Shown: positions 46,926 to 56,694, counted from the first letter of the stretch. The stretch: DNA of 64,000 nucleotides from an uncultured Acidobacteriota bacterium (GCA_963809475.1 CAWEJS010000001.1:1818125-1882124); one strand, 5' to 3'. Numbers and translations are program-made. Notes: generated by a model not told the origin, from the letters alone.

Positions 46926-47674
46926 GAATCGACCTCGTCACGATCTTCCCGCGCTTCTGCGACGGGCCGCTCGGCGAGGGGATCGTCCGGCGCGCGATCG
47001 ATCGGGGCCTCGTCGACGTGCGGGTGCACGACCTGCGCGACTACACGACGGACCGGCACCGATCGGTGGATGACGTGTCGTACGGCGGCGGGCCGGGCAT
47101 GGTGTTCAAGCCCGAGCCGTTGTTCAGGGCGGTGGACGCGATCAGGGCCGAGGCTGGCATCGACGCGGTCATCCTCACGTCGCCGCAGGGACGCCCCTTC
47201 ACGCAGGCCGCGGCCGAGCGCCTGGCGGCCCTCGGCCACATCGTCGTGCTGTGCGGCCGGTACGAGGGCGTGGACGACCGGGTGCGCGAGGCGCTGGCGA
47301 CAGAAGCGCTGTCGATCGGCGACTTCGTGCTCTCCGGCGGCGAACTGCCGGCGCTGGTGATCGTCGACGCCGTCGTGCGCCTGCAGCCGGGCGCCGTGGG
47401 AGACGAGGATTCGGTGGAGGAGGACTCCTTCAGCCGCGGGTTGCTGGACTACCCGCACTACACGCGGCCGGCGGAGTTCAGGGGGTGGCGGGTGCCGGAC
47501 GTGCTGATGTCCGGCAACCATGCCGAGATCCGGCGGTGGCGGAAGCGGGAGGCGCTGGCGCGGACGCTGGCCCTCAGGCCCGACCTGCTGCCGTCGGCGG
47601 AGTTGGATGACGAAGAGCGCGAGATGCTGCGCGCGTTGATGGAAGAGAGAGGAGCCGAACATGGGCGCGGTTGA
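46922..47674 (+). CDS. trmD: tRNA (guanine37-N1)-methyltransferase TrmD
   Basis: [43 protein letters not shown] and PHYTRP motifs. The GTG start overlaps the rimM stop. Confidence 0.95.
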   Translation: MRIDLVTIFPRFCDGPLGEGIVRRAIDRGLVDVRVHDLRDYTTDRHRSVDDVSYGGGPGMVFKPEPLFRAVDAIRAEAGIDAVILTSPQGRPFTQAAAERLAALGHIVVLCGRYEGVDDRVREALATEALSIGDFVLSGGELPALVIVDAVVRLQPGAVGDEDSVEEDSFSRGLLDYPHYTRPAEFRGWRVPDVLMSGNHAEIRRWRKREALARTLALRPDLLPSAELDDEEREMLRALMEERGAEHGRG

Positions 47675-48008
47675 GACAGTCGAACGGGCACAGCTTGCCG
47701 AGCGTCCCGCGATGCGGACGGGTGACACGGTGCGCGTGCACGTGAAGGTGCGCGAAGGCGACAAAGAGCGAATCCAGGTGTTCGAGGGCACGGTGATCGG
47801 CCAGCACAGAGGCGGGGCCCGGGCCACGTTCACGGTCCGCAAGGTGACGTTCGGGCAGGGGGTCGAGCGCATCTTCCCGCTGCACTCGCCGATCATCGAC
47901 CATATCGACGTCGTGCGGTCGGCCCAGGTGCGCCGCGCGAAGCTCTACTTCCTCCGGAAGCTCAAGGGCAAGGCCGCCCGGATGCGCGAGGCCAGACGCC
48001 CGGCGTAG
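47661..48008 (+). CDS. rplS: 50S ribosomal protein L19
   Basis: [37 protein letters not shown] and [10 protein letters not shown] motifs. Confidence 0.95.
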   Translation: MGAVETVERAQLAERPAMRTGDTVRVHVKVREGDKERIQVFEGTVIGQHRGGARATFTVRKVTFGQGVERIFPLHSPIIDHIDVVRSAQVRRAKLYFLRKLKGKAARMREARRPA

Positions 48009-48013
48009 CGTTC

Positions 48014-48685
48014 GTGTGTCCCGGCGCGGGAGCCATGCGGCGGATCGAAGCCACGCGAGACACCGAAGCGTCCCTCCGGCGCTGGGGCTTCGTCCACCTC
48101 GCCGGCATCGACGAGGTCGGCCGCGGGTGCCTCGCCGGACCGGTGGTCGCGGCCGCCGTCATCCTGCCGCCCGACGACGGGATCAAGGGGCTCGCGGACT
48201 CGAAGGCGGTGCCGCGCGCGGAGCGCGAGCGTTTGAGCGAGGCCATCCGTGCCCGGGCCCTCGCGTGGGCGGTCGCGGAAGTCGGACCTGCCGACATCGA
48301 TCGCATGGCCATCCATCGGGCGTCGCTCGAGGCGATGCGGCGCGCGGCCGCCCGGCTGGTGCCGCAGCCCGACGTTGCCCTGGTCGACGCCTTTCACGTC
48401 CCGGGCCTCGCCGTCGCCCAGCGGGGCATCGTGCACGGCGATCGGCTCTGCGCGAGCATCGCCGCGGCGTCCATCGTCGCCAAGGTCTACCGCGACGGCC
48501 TGATGCTGGAACTCCATGCCGCCGATGATCGGTACGGGTACGCGCGGCACAAGGGCTACGCGACGCCCGAGCATCTCGCGGCGGTGGCGCGCTTCGGGTA
48601 CTCCGACCAGCACCGCCGCTCGTTCCGGCCCGCGTCGCTGTTTGATAGAATCGGCTCGACCGGCGAGCCACCCAGGAAGGCCTGA
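48014..48685 (+). CDS. rnhB: Ribonuclease HII
   Basis: AGIDEVGRGCLAGPVVAAAV, DSK and ASIVAKV motifs. The start is either the GTG at 48014 or the ATG at 48035. Confidence 0.92.
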   Translation: MCPGAGAMRRIEATRDTEASLRRWGFVHLAGIDEVGRGCLAGPVVAAAVILPPDDGIKGLADSKAVPRAERERLSEAIRARALAWAVAEVGPADIDRMAIHRASLEAMRRAAARLVPQPDVALVDAFHVPGLAVAQRGIVHGDRLCASIAAASIVAKVYRDGLMLELHAADDRYGYARHKGYATPEHLAAVARFGYSDQHRRSFRPASLFDRIGSTGEPPRKA

Positions 48686-48697
48686 CACGATCGGCCC

Positions 48698-50929
48698 ATG
48701 GACCGCGACGACACCCTCCGGAGAGCCGAGAAGCTGCTGCGCCAGGGACGGCTGGATGCCGCCATCGAGGAGTACGCAAAGCTCGTCGAGGAGACTCCCA
48801 GGGACTGGTCCACGGCGAACGTGCTCGGCGACCTCTACGTGCGCGCGGGGCAGATCGATCAGGCGGTCGCCCAGTACACCAGGATCGCGGAGCATCTCGC
48901 GCGGGAGGGGTTCGTCTCCCGGGCGACGGCCCTCTACAAGAAGATCGTCAAGATCCACCCGGACGACGACGCCGCGTTGCGCCGCGCGGCGGAGTTGTCG
49001 GCCAGCCAGGGCCTGACCGCCGAGGCGCGGCTGCACCTGCACGCGCTCTTCCAGCAGCGGGTCCGTCGCGGCGATCGGGCCGGCGCCGTCGGGGCGGCGG
49101 CATTGCTGGCCGAGCTCGATCCCGGCAACGCGGCGGGGCGCGTGGAAAGCGCCCGTCTCCTGGCCTCGGTGAACGACGCCGCGGGCGCCGCCGCTCAGCT
49201 GCGGGCGGCGGGACAAGCGTACCTGACGGCGGGGAAGCCGGAACAGGCGCTCCAGGCCTGGAGGGACGCGCTCGGCCACAACCCGGATGACGAGGTGACG
49301 AGCGGCCTCCTCGTCGAGATCTTGTTGGAGGCCGGCGACCCGGACGGCGCGACTGAGGTCGCGAAGACGGCCGCCCATTGGCGGGCGGTCGCCGGCGGCT
49401 TCACGCGGGCCGGCCGGCCGGACGCAGCCTCCTCCGCGCTCGAAAAGGTGCTCGAAGCCGACCCCTCCGATGTCCCGTCCCGCGTCCACCTGGCCCGCGA
49501 GGCCATGGCGCAGCACGACGGCGCGAGGGCGCGCGAGCTGCTGGCGACTCTCTCCGGCAGCACGGACCCGATCGTGCTGCTGGCCCAGGCCGAGGTCGAC
49601 TTGCGCTTCGAGTCGATCGAACGAGGCCGTGCGGCGCTGACGCGATCGCTCGCCAGTTGCGGCGACCTCGCGCAACCGGCGATCGACCTGGGCTGCGACA
49701 TCGGGCGCACCGCGCCGGAGATCGGCTTCGCCGTCATCACCGCCGTGGTCCAGCACGCGGAGTCCGGCGGTGACTCCGACCTGGCGCTCGATGCGATCGA
49801 GCGGTTCGTGGCCGTGGCTCCGGGTGACGTCGCAGCGCTTGAGGAGCTGATCCGCATCTCCGGCCAAGGCTTCTACGAGAACCAGCGCTACCGGGCGCAG
49901 ATCCAGTTGGCAGACGCCTACCTGTCCCGGAAGCGATGGCAGGAAGCCCGATCGCTGGCCGAGCAACTGGTCAAAGCGCGGCCCGATGACGGCAGTCACG
50001 TCCAACGGCTGGGTCGTGCCCTGACGGGACTCGGCGTGCCAGACGGCGAGGCGGCCGCGCTGGAGCACGTTCGACAAGCGGCTGCGCCGCCGGCGGTGAC
50101 GGCGGACTTCGCGTCCCCCGTCCCCGCGCGTTCCGCGCTGACCGAAGACCGGTCTTTCGCGGACGTGGCGTCGCTTCCCGCGTTGTGGGCCATGCCGTCC
50201 GGGGACCCGCCTCCCGCCCTGCTCGATCCCCCGGACGCTGGCGGCGCGGCCGCCGAGTGGGTGACCGAGCCGGCGGGGCCTGAGGCGGAGGCCGCCATTG
50301 ATCTCGACGCCGTGCTCGAGGGTAGTCGCCGTCGCCCGAACCCGGCCGCGACGGAACGGGACGTCTTCGAGATTGATCTGAGCGGTGAACTCGACGACCT
50401 GCTGAACGTGGCACAGGCGCGGCCGGATCCGTCGGCGGCGCCGCCACCGCCACCGGCGGAACACCGCGGCGGCCTCGACGGGTACTTCGAGGAACTGCGA
50501 GGGCAGCGAGGCCGCGACCTCGACGGCGTCAATTCGGCGCTGGCGTACGACCAGGCCAGCGAGTACTTCAACCGCGGCGAGGTGGATTCGGCCATGGCGT
50601 GCCTGCGCACGGCGGCACGAGACCCCCTCTACCGGTTCCGGGCGGCCTCGATGCTGGCCCGGATTGCGCGCGATCAGGGCCGCCTCGGAGAAGCGGTGGA
50701 GTGGCTCGAACGGGCGGTCGAATCGCCCGCGCCGTCGGTGGAGGCCTCGCGCAGCCTGCTCTACGAACTCGGCGACGCGCTTGACGCCGGCGGGGAAGAC
50801 GCCCGCGCGCTCGCGGTGTTCATCGAACTGGAGTCGAGCGCGCCCGGCTACCGGGACGTTGGCGAGAGGGTGGCGGACCTTGCCGCCAGAGAGGGCCGCC
50901 GGCCCGGGCCTCGAAAGGGACTGCGGTGA
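48698..50929 (+). CDS. Large tetratricopeptide-repeat (TPR) protein, function unknown
   Basis: 743 aa. The N-terminal TPR pairs are LGDLYVRAGQIDQAVAQYTRIAEHLAREGFVSRATALYKKIVKIHPDD. An acidic/Pro-rich linker follows, then C-terminal TPRs. Confidence 0.75.
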   Translation: MDRDDTLRRAEKLLRQGRLDAAIEEYAKLVEETPRDWSTANVLGDLYVRAGQIDQAVAQYTRIAEHLAREGFVSRATALYKKIVKIHPDDDAALRRAAELSASQGLTAEARLHLHALFQQRVRRGDRAGAVGAAALLAELDPGNAAGRVESARLLASVNDAAGAAAQLRAAGQAYLTAGKPEQALQAWRDALGHNPDDEVTSGLLVEILLEAGDPDGATEVAKTAAHWRAVAGGFTRAGRPDAASSALEKVLEADPSDVPSRVHLAREAMAQHDGARARELLATLSGSTDPIVLLAQAEVDLRFESIERGRAALTRSLASCGDLAQPAIDLGCDIGRTAPEIGFAVITAVVQHAESGGDSDLALDAIERFVAVAPGDVAALEELIRISGQGFYENQRYRAQIQLADAYLSRKRWQEARSLAEQLVKARPDDGSHVQRLGRALTGLGVPDGEAAALEHVRQAAAPPAVTADFASPVPARSALTEDRSFADVASLPALWAMPSGDPPPALLDPPDAGGAAAEWVTEPAGPEAEAAIDLDAVLEGSRRRPNPAATERDVFEIDLSGELDDLLNVAQARPDPSAAPPPPPAEHRGGLDGYFEELRGQRGRDLDGVNSALAYDQASEYFNRGEVDSAMACLRTAARDPLYRFRAASMLARIARDQGRLGEAVEWLERAVESPAPSVEASRSLLYELGDALDAGGEDARALAVFIELESSAPGYRDVGERVADLAAREGRRPGPRKGLR

Positions 50930-51162
50930 GCGTGGTGAGCCGGCTGGTGTTCCTCGCGTACTTCATCGAGGTCGGCCTCGTGCTCGTCGTCGTGCCGTGG
51001 TCGCCGTTCTGGGACCGAAACTACTTCGTCCAGAACTGGCCCGCCCTCCAGGCGCTCACGCAGAGCAACCTCGTGCGCGGCGCCGTGTCGGGACTCGGCA
51101 TCGTCAACCTGTGGGCGGCGATGGCCGAGATTTCGGGGCTCTTCGGCATTCGCCCCCGGTAG
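50926..51162 (+). CDS. Small hypothetical membrane protein (2 predicted TM segments)
   Basis: 78 aa with hydrophobic segments LVFLAYFIEVGLVLVVVPW and VSGLGIVNLWAAMAEI. The GTG start overlaps the upstream stop. Confidence 0.55.
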   Translation: MSVVSRLVFLAYFIEVGLVLVVVPWSPFWDRNYFVQNWPALQALTQSNLVRGAVSGLGIVNLWAAMAEISGLFGIRPR

Positions 51163-51235
51163 CGCGGACGTCCGCCCGATATGCGGGCAGCGCCGATTGA
51201 CAGCGTGCGGAGCAGTTCTCTAACATGATGACCCC

Positions 51236-52045
51236 ATGTCGGCGGGCGAGTGGCCTCACATGAGACTGACGATGTCCATGGCAGACGAGCGCGCGGTCGA
51301 CTTCGGGACCTTCCTGCGCCAGGCCCGGGAGAAGCGCGGACTCACATTGCAGCAGGTGGCCGTCACGACGAGGATCTCGGCGCGCGTCCTGGACGCGCTC
51401 GAGCGGAACGACCCGACCAAGCTCCCCGGCGGCATCTTCTCGAGGGCGTTCGTGCGCTCGTACGCGCGCGAGGTCGGCCTCGACCCGGAGGCCGCAGTCG
51501 CGAGTTTCGTGGCCGCGTTCCCGGAGGATTCCGGGGCCGCGGACGTGCCCGTGACGACGACCGCCGAACAAGCGGAGAGCTACGTGAGCCACCGGCGCGT
51601 GGCGACAACCGCCGTGAAGCTCCTCGGGGCCATCGCCCTCATCGCGGTCCTCGGGCTCATCGGCTACATGGCTGCGCAGCGGGCCCGCGGACCGGCCGCC
51701 CCGCAAGGCCGCGAGAGGCCGGTGGTGGCTGAACCGGCTCCCCAGGTGACGGTTCCGGCGCCGGCGCCTTCGAGCACGGCGGCCGCGCCGCTCGTCGTCG
51801 GTCTCTCCGCGACAGAATCGTGCTGGGTATCGGTCACTGTCGACGGCACGAGGACGCCCGCGAGGACGCTCGGGGCTGGCGAGCGGGTCGAATTCCCCGT
51901 GAACCGGTCAATCACGTTGACCGTCGGCAACGCGGGAGCGGTCGACGTGTCGCTGAACGGGAAGCCCGCCAGACCGCTCGGCGGGCCCGGGAAGGTCGTG
52001 ACGGCCACGATCGCCGCCGACGCGTTCGCGAGCTACCTTCGATAG
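51236..52045 (+). CDS. rodZ: RodZ-like cytoskeleton-associated protein (HTH_XRE, TM segment, DUF4115)
   Basis: FGTFLRQAREKRGLTLQQVAVTTRISARVLDALE is the HTH. The TM segment is LLGAIALIAVLGLIGYM. The C-terminal beta domain contains SCWVSVTVDG...LTVGNAGAVDVSLNGK. The likely true start is near 51278. Confidence 0.78.
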   Translation: MSAGEWPHMRLTMSMADERAVDFGTFLRQAREKRGLTLQQVAVTTRISARVLDALERNDPTKLPGGIFSRAFVRSYAREVGLDPEAAVASFVAAFPEDSGAADVPVTTTAEQAESYVSHRRVATTAVKLLGAIALIAVLGLIGYMAAQRARGPAAPQGRERPVVAEPAPQVTVPAPAPSSTAAAPLVVGLSATESCWVSVTVDGTRTPARTLGAGERVEFPVNRSITLTVGNAGAVDVSLNGKPARPLGGPGKVVTATIAADAFASYLR

Positions 52046-52052
52046 CGCCCGC

Positions 52053-52868
52053 ATGGACTCGCTGTATCGGACGCCGCTCCTCGACTGCTTCAGGCGGGGG
52101 GAGGTTGCGCCGGACATCCGGATGATGGCGGCCCAGGGGGTGCTCGCCCCGCGGGCGCACGAGCAGTTGGGCCTGCTGGTGCTGCTCGCCGGCGACGCCG
52201 ACCCGGGCATCCGGGCGGCGACGGAATCCACGCTCAGCCGCATCCCGCGCGGCGAACTCGCGCGCTTCCTGGGCCGTGCGGACGTCGCGCCCGAGATCGT
52301 GGCGTTCTTCGAGAAGCGTGGCGTCCAGCCGGAGGTTGCCTCAGCGGCCGTGACGGACGAGCCCCTGCTGGATGGCGGCGGCGAGGCGCCGGCCTCGCCG
52401 GAGGCCGACGACGCCGGCGCGGACGGGGGGGACGCGGCGGGGAGGCGCCGCGAAGCCGCGATCCAGCGGCTGGCCTCGATGACCGTGTCGGAGAAGATCA
52501 AGGCGGCGATGCGCGGGTCGCGGGAGGAGCGCTCGATCCTGATCCGCGATCCGAACAAGATCGTCGCCTTCGCCGTGCTGAGCAGCCCCAAAGTGGCCGA
52601 ACAGGATGTCGAGGGATTCGCGAAGATGGCGAGCCTCTCGGAGGACGTCCTGCGCGTCATCGGGACGACGCGCGCGTGGAGCAAGAGCTACAGCATCGTC
52701 CGCGCGCTGGCCTTCAACCCGAAGTCTCCTATCGCCGTGTCGATGACGCTGGTCAACCGGCTCGTCGAGAAGGACATCCGCCTGCTGGCGGCCGACCGCA
52801 ACATCGCGGAGCCCGTGAAGGTCCTCGCCCGGAAAGCCGTCCAGGCGGGGCAGTCGCGCCGGGGCTAG
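52053..52868 (+). CDS. Hypothetical HEAT/armadillo-like repeat protein
   Basis: 271 aa with helical repeats (IRMMAAQGVLAPR.., DPGIRAATESTL, RDPNKIVAFAVLSSPK, NPKSPIAVSMTLVNRL). No family is firmly recognised. Confidence 0.6.
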   Translation: MDSLYRTPLLDCFRRGEVAPDIRMMAAQGVLAPRAHEQLGLLVLLAGDADPGIRAATESTLSRIPRGELARFLGRADVAPEIVAFFEKRGVQPEVASAAVTDEPLLDGGGEAPASPEADDAGADGGDAAGRRREAAIQRLASMTVSEKIKAAMRGSREERSILIRDPNKIVAFAVLSSPKVAEQDVEGFAKMASLSEDVLRVIGTTRAWSKSYSIVRALAFNPKSPIAVSMTLVNRLVEKDIRLLAADRNIAEPVKVLARKAVQAGQSRRG

Positions 52869-53128
52869 CCCTTGGCCTTCGGCGGCCGGGCGGCGGATCG
52901 CCGGTCCGGTTTCGGCCGCACCGACACGTTCGCGGCGGAGACCGGCCTGACGCCCCATTCGGACCGCATCTGGGACAGGCCGTCCATGAAGACCGAGACC
53001 CGCTCGCGATCCTCCTCTGCCGCGATCGTCTTGAGGAGCGCAACGGCTTTCTCGAGGTCCCGCTGGATCGTGGCGCGTGTCGTCGCGTAGTAGAGGCGTT
53101 TGATTTCGGCGACAGGGTCCATGGTCAT
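52865..53128 (-). CDS. Small hypothetical protein with basic C-terminal tail
   Basis: MTMDPVAEIKRLYYATTRATIQRDLEKAVALLKTIAAEEDRERVSVFMDGLSQMRSEW... The longer ORF to 53299 would run through the nagZ promoter and start region, so the start at 53128 or 53122 is preferred. Confidence 0.5.
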   Translation of the reverse strand: MTMDPVAEIKRLYYATTRATIQRDLEKAVALLKTIAAEEDRERVSVFMDGLSQMRSEWGVRPVSAANVSVRPKPDRRSAARPPKAKG

Positions 53129-53157
53129 TGTCCAGGCATGATGGCGCTGGGCGTCAT

Positions 53158-53163
53158 TATAAT
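53158..53163 (+). promoter_or_regulatory. Consensus -10 box TATAAT, 8 nt upstream of the nagZ ATG
   Basis: TATAAT-GGGTTTCC-ATG. There is no room for a Shine-Dalgarno sequence, which predicts a leaderless transcript. Confidence 0.45.
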
Positions 53164-53171
53164 GGGTTTCC

Positions 53172-54266
53172 ATGTCCCCGTCCGGCATTCGGCGCCAGAT
53201 CGGCCAGCTCGTGTTCCTCGGGTTCGACGGGTTCGCCATTCCGCCCGAGCTCCGTTCGCTGGCGCGAGAGTTCGATCTCGGCGGGGTCGCGCTCTTCAAG
53301 CGGAACGTCGAGGGCCCCGGGCAGGTTGCCGACGTCGCGTTCGAGGCCGCGCGGCTCGGCGCGTCGGCGCCCGCGTGGGTCGGTGTCGATCAGGAAGGCG
53401 GGCGCGTCGCGCGGATGCGCCGGCCCTTCACGGAGTGGCCGGCCGTAGCGGCGCTCGGCCGGTGCGGCGATGCGGACCTCGCCGCGCGATTCGCCGGCGC
53501 GCTCGCCCGCGAGATGCGGGCCGTCGGCATCTCCATCGACTTCGCGCCGGTGCTCGACGTGCTGACCAACGCCGCCAATCCCGCGATCGGCGACCGCGCG
53601 CTGTCGGCGGACGCGGACGTCGTGGCCCGGCTCGGCGCCGCGATGATTCAGGCCATGCAGGACGAGGGTCTCGCGGCCTGCGGCAAACACTTCCCGGGCC
53701 ACGGCGACACCGGGGTGGACTCGCACCACGCGTTGCCCGTCCTCGATCTGACGCCCGACCGCTTCGAGGCCGTGGAGTGGGTGCCGTTCCGGGCGGCGAT
53801 CGCGCAGTCGGTGGCCGCGCTGATGGTGGCGCACGTCCTGGTGCCCGCCTTCGACGTGACGGAGCCGGCCAGCCTGTCGCGCCCGATCGTCACGGGGCTG
53901 CTCCGCGAGACGCTGCGGTTCGACGGGCTCATCCTGTCCGACGACTTGAGCATGAAGGGCTGCTCGTCGACGTACCACCTTCCCGCCGCGGCGGTGAAGG
54001 CCATTGCCGCCGGTCACGATGCGGCGCTCCTCTGTGAGCCCAACCACGACGAGCAGGCTGCCGCGCTCGAGGCGCTCGTCCATGCGGTGGAAGACGGGAC
54101 GCTGCCGGCGACCCAGGTGGAGGCCTCGCTGGCGCGGCACGCCCGCATCAAGGCCAGGTTCGCCGCCGGCCGTGACCGCGCCGCGCGCCCGGCCGCCGAC
54201 TGGCGCGAGGTGGTGGGCTGCGAGGCCCATCTGAGCGTGGCGGACGAGATGAGGCAGTATGCCTGA
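53172..54266 (+). CDS. nagZ: Beta-N-acetylhexosaminidase (glycoside hydrolase family 3, NagZ-like)
   Basis: VDQEGGRV, the GI..DFAPVLDV region, and KHFPGHGDTGVDSH. It is a single-domain GH3 of 364 aa. Confidence 0.9.
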   Translation: MSPSGIRRQIGQLVFLGFDGFAIPPELRSLAREFDLGGVALFKRNVEGPGQVADVAFEAARLGASAPAWVGVDQEGGRVARMRRPFTEWPAVAALGRCGDADLAARFAGALAREMRAVGISIDFAPVLDVLTNAANPAIGDRALSADADVVARLGAAMIQAMQDEGLAACGKHFPGHGDTGVDSHHALPVLDLTPDRFEAVEWVPFRAAIAQSVAALMVAHVLVPAFDVTEPASLSRPIVTGLLRETLRFDGLILSDDLSMKGCSSTYHLPAAAVKAIAAGHDAALLCEPNHDEQAAALEALVHAVEDGTLPATQVEASLARHARIKARFAAGRDRAARPAADWREVVGCEAHLSVADEMRQYA

Positions 54267-55251
54267 CGCGCCCGTCCTGAAACCGAGGGCGCTTCGCCGC
54301 GGCGACCGCGTGGCGATCGTCGCGCCGGCCAGCCCGTTTCCGCGCGACGAGTTCCAGGCCGGAATCGAGGAAGTCCGGCGTCTGGGGTTCGAGCCGATCT
54401 TCGACGACTCGGTCTTCGATCGCGTTGGGTACACCGCCGGAGAACCCGCGTCCCGCGCGCGGCAGTTCATGGCGGCGTGGCAGGACCCGCGCGTGGCCGC
54501 GGTGTTCACGGCGCGCGGCGGGTACGGCAGCGTCGGCCTGCTGCCGTTCCTGTCGGTCCGGGCGTTGACGCTGAGGCCGAAGCTCCTCGTCGGCTTCAGC
54601 GACGTCACGGCGCTGCTGAGCGTCCTGACCACGCGGTGCGGCCTGACCGCGCTTCACGGTCCAACCGTCGCCGGAGGTCTGGGACGCGGCCCGGGTGGCT
54701 ACGATCGGGACTCGCTCGTGCGTGCGCTGACGAGCGTCGAACCGATGGGAGAGCTGGACGCTCCTGCGCTCGAGGCCATCCGGCCTGGGGAGGCGGATGG
54801 ACGCCTCCTTGGAGGCAATCTCACGCAGTTGGCCGCGTCGATGGGCACGCCGTACTCCTTCGATCCCCCTGACGGGTGCGTGCTCTTCCTCGAAGACGTG
54901 AACGAGCGCCCGTACCGGATCGATCGGCTGTTGACGCAACTGAAGCACGCGGGCGTGCTCCGGCGGGCCCGTGCGATCGTGGTCGGCGAGATGCGCGGAT
55001 GCGACGAGCCCGACGGCACCATCCACGTCCGGGACGCTGTCGCCGACGCGCTGCGCGGATTCCCGGGCCCGGTTCTGTGGGGCCTGCCCGCGGGACACAC
55101 GTCGGGGCCCGCGCTGACGCTCCCCCTCGGCGTCCGTGCGCGCGTCGCATCGGGTCCGCGCCCGACCGTCGTGCTGCTCGAGTCGGCGGTCACGGATGAG
55201 TCCCGAGCCCCGAGTCCCGAGACCCGAGCCCCGAGATTGAAGGCCCCATGA
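54259..55251 (+). CDS. ldcA: LD-carboxypeptidase (peptidase S66, muramoyltetrapeptide carboxypeptidase)
   Basis: GDRVAIVAPASP, ARGGYG, and GFSDVTALL with the nucleophile Ser. The C-terminal GLPAGH is also present. The last roughly 13 codons are encoded by a heptamer array. Confidence 0.88.
   Translation: MPDAPVLKPRALRRGDRVAIVAPASPFPRDEFQAGIEEVRRLGFEPIFDDSVFDRVGYTAGEPASRARQFMAAWQDPRVAAVFTARGGYGSVGLLPFLSVRALTLRPKLLVGFSDVTALLSVLTTRCGLTALHGPTVAGGLGRGPGGYDRDSLVRALTSVEPMGELDAPALEAIRPGEADGRLLGGNLTQLAASMGTPYSFDPPDGCVLFLEDVNERPYRIDRLLTQLKHAGVLRRARAIVVGEMRGCDEPDGTIHVRDAVADALRGFPGPVLWGLPAGHTSGPALTLPLGVRARVASGPRPTVVLLESAVTDESRAPSPETRAPRLKAP
55198..55235. repeat. Heptanucleotide tandem array (GAGNCCC)x5.4
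   Basis: The units are GAGTCCC GAGCCCC GAGTCCC GAGACCC GAGCCCC GAG. The array lies inside the ldcA 3' end (encoding SRAPSPETRAPR) and ends 13 nt before the mpl ATG. Confidence 0.85.
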
Positions 55252-56654
55252 CCCGCGTTCATCTGATCGGCATCTGCGGCACCGCGATGGCCACCCTGGC
55301 CGCCATGCTGAAACGCAAGGGGCTGGCCGTCCGCGGCTCGGACCGGGACATCTACCCGCCGATGAGCACGTTCCTCGAGCGCGAGGGCATCCCGGTCCTC
55401 CTCGGCTACGATGCTGCGCACATCACCAACGACCTCGATCTGGTGATCGTCGGCAACGCCATCTCCCGCGGCAATCCGGAGGTCGAGGAGGTGCTCGACC
55501 GGAAGATCCACTACTGCTCGTTGCCCGAGGCCGTGCGGGAGCACTTCCTGTGGGGCGCGCGCTCAATCGTCGTCGCCGGTACCCACGGCAAGACCACGAC
55601 CACGGCCCTGGCGGGCTGGCTGCTCGTGCACGGCGGGCTCGACCCGAGCGTGCTGGTGGGCGGCGTGGCGGAGAACCTCGGCGAGGACGGCGCGAGCTAC
55701 CGCCTCGGCCACGGCCGCGACTTCGTCATCGAGGGCGACGAGTACGACAGTGCGTTCTTCGACAAGACCGCGAAGTTCCTGAAGTACCTGCCGGACATCG
55801 CCGTCATCGCGAACATCGAGTTCGACCACGCGGACATCTACGAAGATCTCGGCGCCGTGCGCCTCGCGTTCCGCCGGCTGGTGAACCTCGTGCCGCGGCG
55901 CGGCCTCGTGCTCCTCGGCGCCGACAGCGCGGACGCGATGGCGCTCGCGCCAACGGCGCGGTCGCGGGTCGAGTCTTTCGGCTTCGCGGACGGCGCGGAC
56001 TGGCTGGCGTACGAACTCGCGCCGTCGGCCTCCGGCATGACATTTCGCGCGCAGCACCAACGGGCGCCCCTCGGCCGCTTCGAGATCCCGATGGCCGGCT
56101 CGCACAACGTCAAGAACGCGCTCGCGGCCATGGCGGTGGGGACCGAAGCCGGGCTGGGCATCGACACCATCCGGGAAGGCCTCGCCGCGTTCGCCGGCGT
56201 CAAGCGGAGGCTCGAAACGGTGGGCACCGCGGGCGGCGTGACGATTCTCGACGATTTCGCCCACCACCCGACGGCCGTGCGCGAGACGCTCGCCGCGGTG
56301 CGGGCGGCGCATCCCGGCGCACGCATCTGGGCGGTGTTCGAGCCCCGGTCGGCATCCTCGTGCCGGCGGGTGTTTCAGGCGGCGTTCGCCGATTCGTTCG
56401 CGTCCGCGAGCGACGTGATCATCGCGCAGATCTACCGGTCGCAATTGCCCGACGAGGATCGCCTGTCGCCGGAGCGGCTCGTCGAGGATCTCGCGGCCTC
56501 GGGGATCAGGGCGCGGTTCATTCCGGACATCGGCGGAATCGTCGACGCAATCGCCCTCGACGCCGCGAAGGGCGACATCGTGGTGATCATGTCGAACGGC
56601 GGCTTCGGCGGAATCCACGAGAAGCTGCTCGCCGCGCTGCAGCGGAACAGCTAG
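55248..56654 (+). CDS. mpl: UDP-N-acetylmuramate:L-alanyl-gamma-D-glutamyl-meso-diaminopimelate ligase
   Basis: IGICGTAMATLAAML, the AGTHGKTTTTAL P-loop, and Mur ligase middle and C-terminal domains. An Mpl-type N-terminus and the context with nagZ and ldcA support the call. Confidence 0.9.
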   Translation: MTRVHLIGICGTAMATLAAMLKRKGLAVRGSDRDIYPPMSTFLEREGIPVLLGYDAAHITNDLDLVIVGNAISRGNPEVEEVLDRKIHYCSLPEAVREHFLWGARSIVVAGTHGKTTTTALAGWLLVHGGLDPSVLVGGVAENLGEDGASYRLGHGRDFVIEGDEYDSAFFDKTAKFLKYLPDIAVIANIEFDHADIYEDLGAVRLAFRRLVNLVPRRGLVLLGADSADAMALAPTARSRVESFGFADGADWLAYELAPSASGMTFRAQHQRAPLGRFEIPMAGSHNVKNALAAMAVGTEAGLGIDTIREGLAAFAGVKRRLETVGTAGGVTILDDFAHHPTAVRETLAAVRAAHPGARIWAVFEPRSASSCRRVFQAAFADSFASASDVIIAQIYRSQLPDEDRLSPERLVEDLAASGIRARFIPDIGGIVDAIALDAAKGDIVVIMSNGGFGGIHEKLLAALQRNS

Positions 56655-56663
56655 GCAGGATGG

Positions 56664-56694
56664 GAAGCAAGAAGCCAGTCTGGCTTCTTGCTTC
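56664..56694. terminator. Perfect 15-bp inverted repeat between convergent mpl and the secretin gene
   Basis: GAAGCAAGAAGCCAG-T-CTGGCTTCTTGCTTC. The loop is a single nt, so the apical pairs must open. The last base overlaps the secretin stop codon. Confidence 0.65.
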
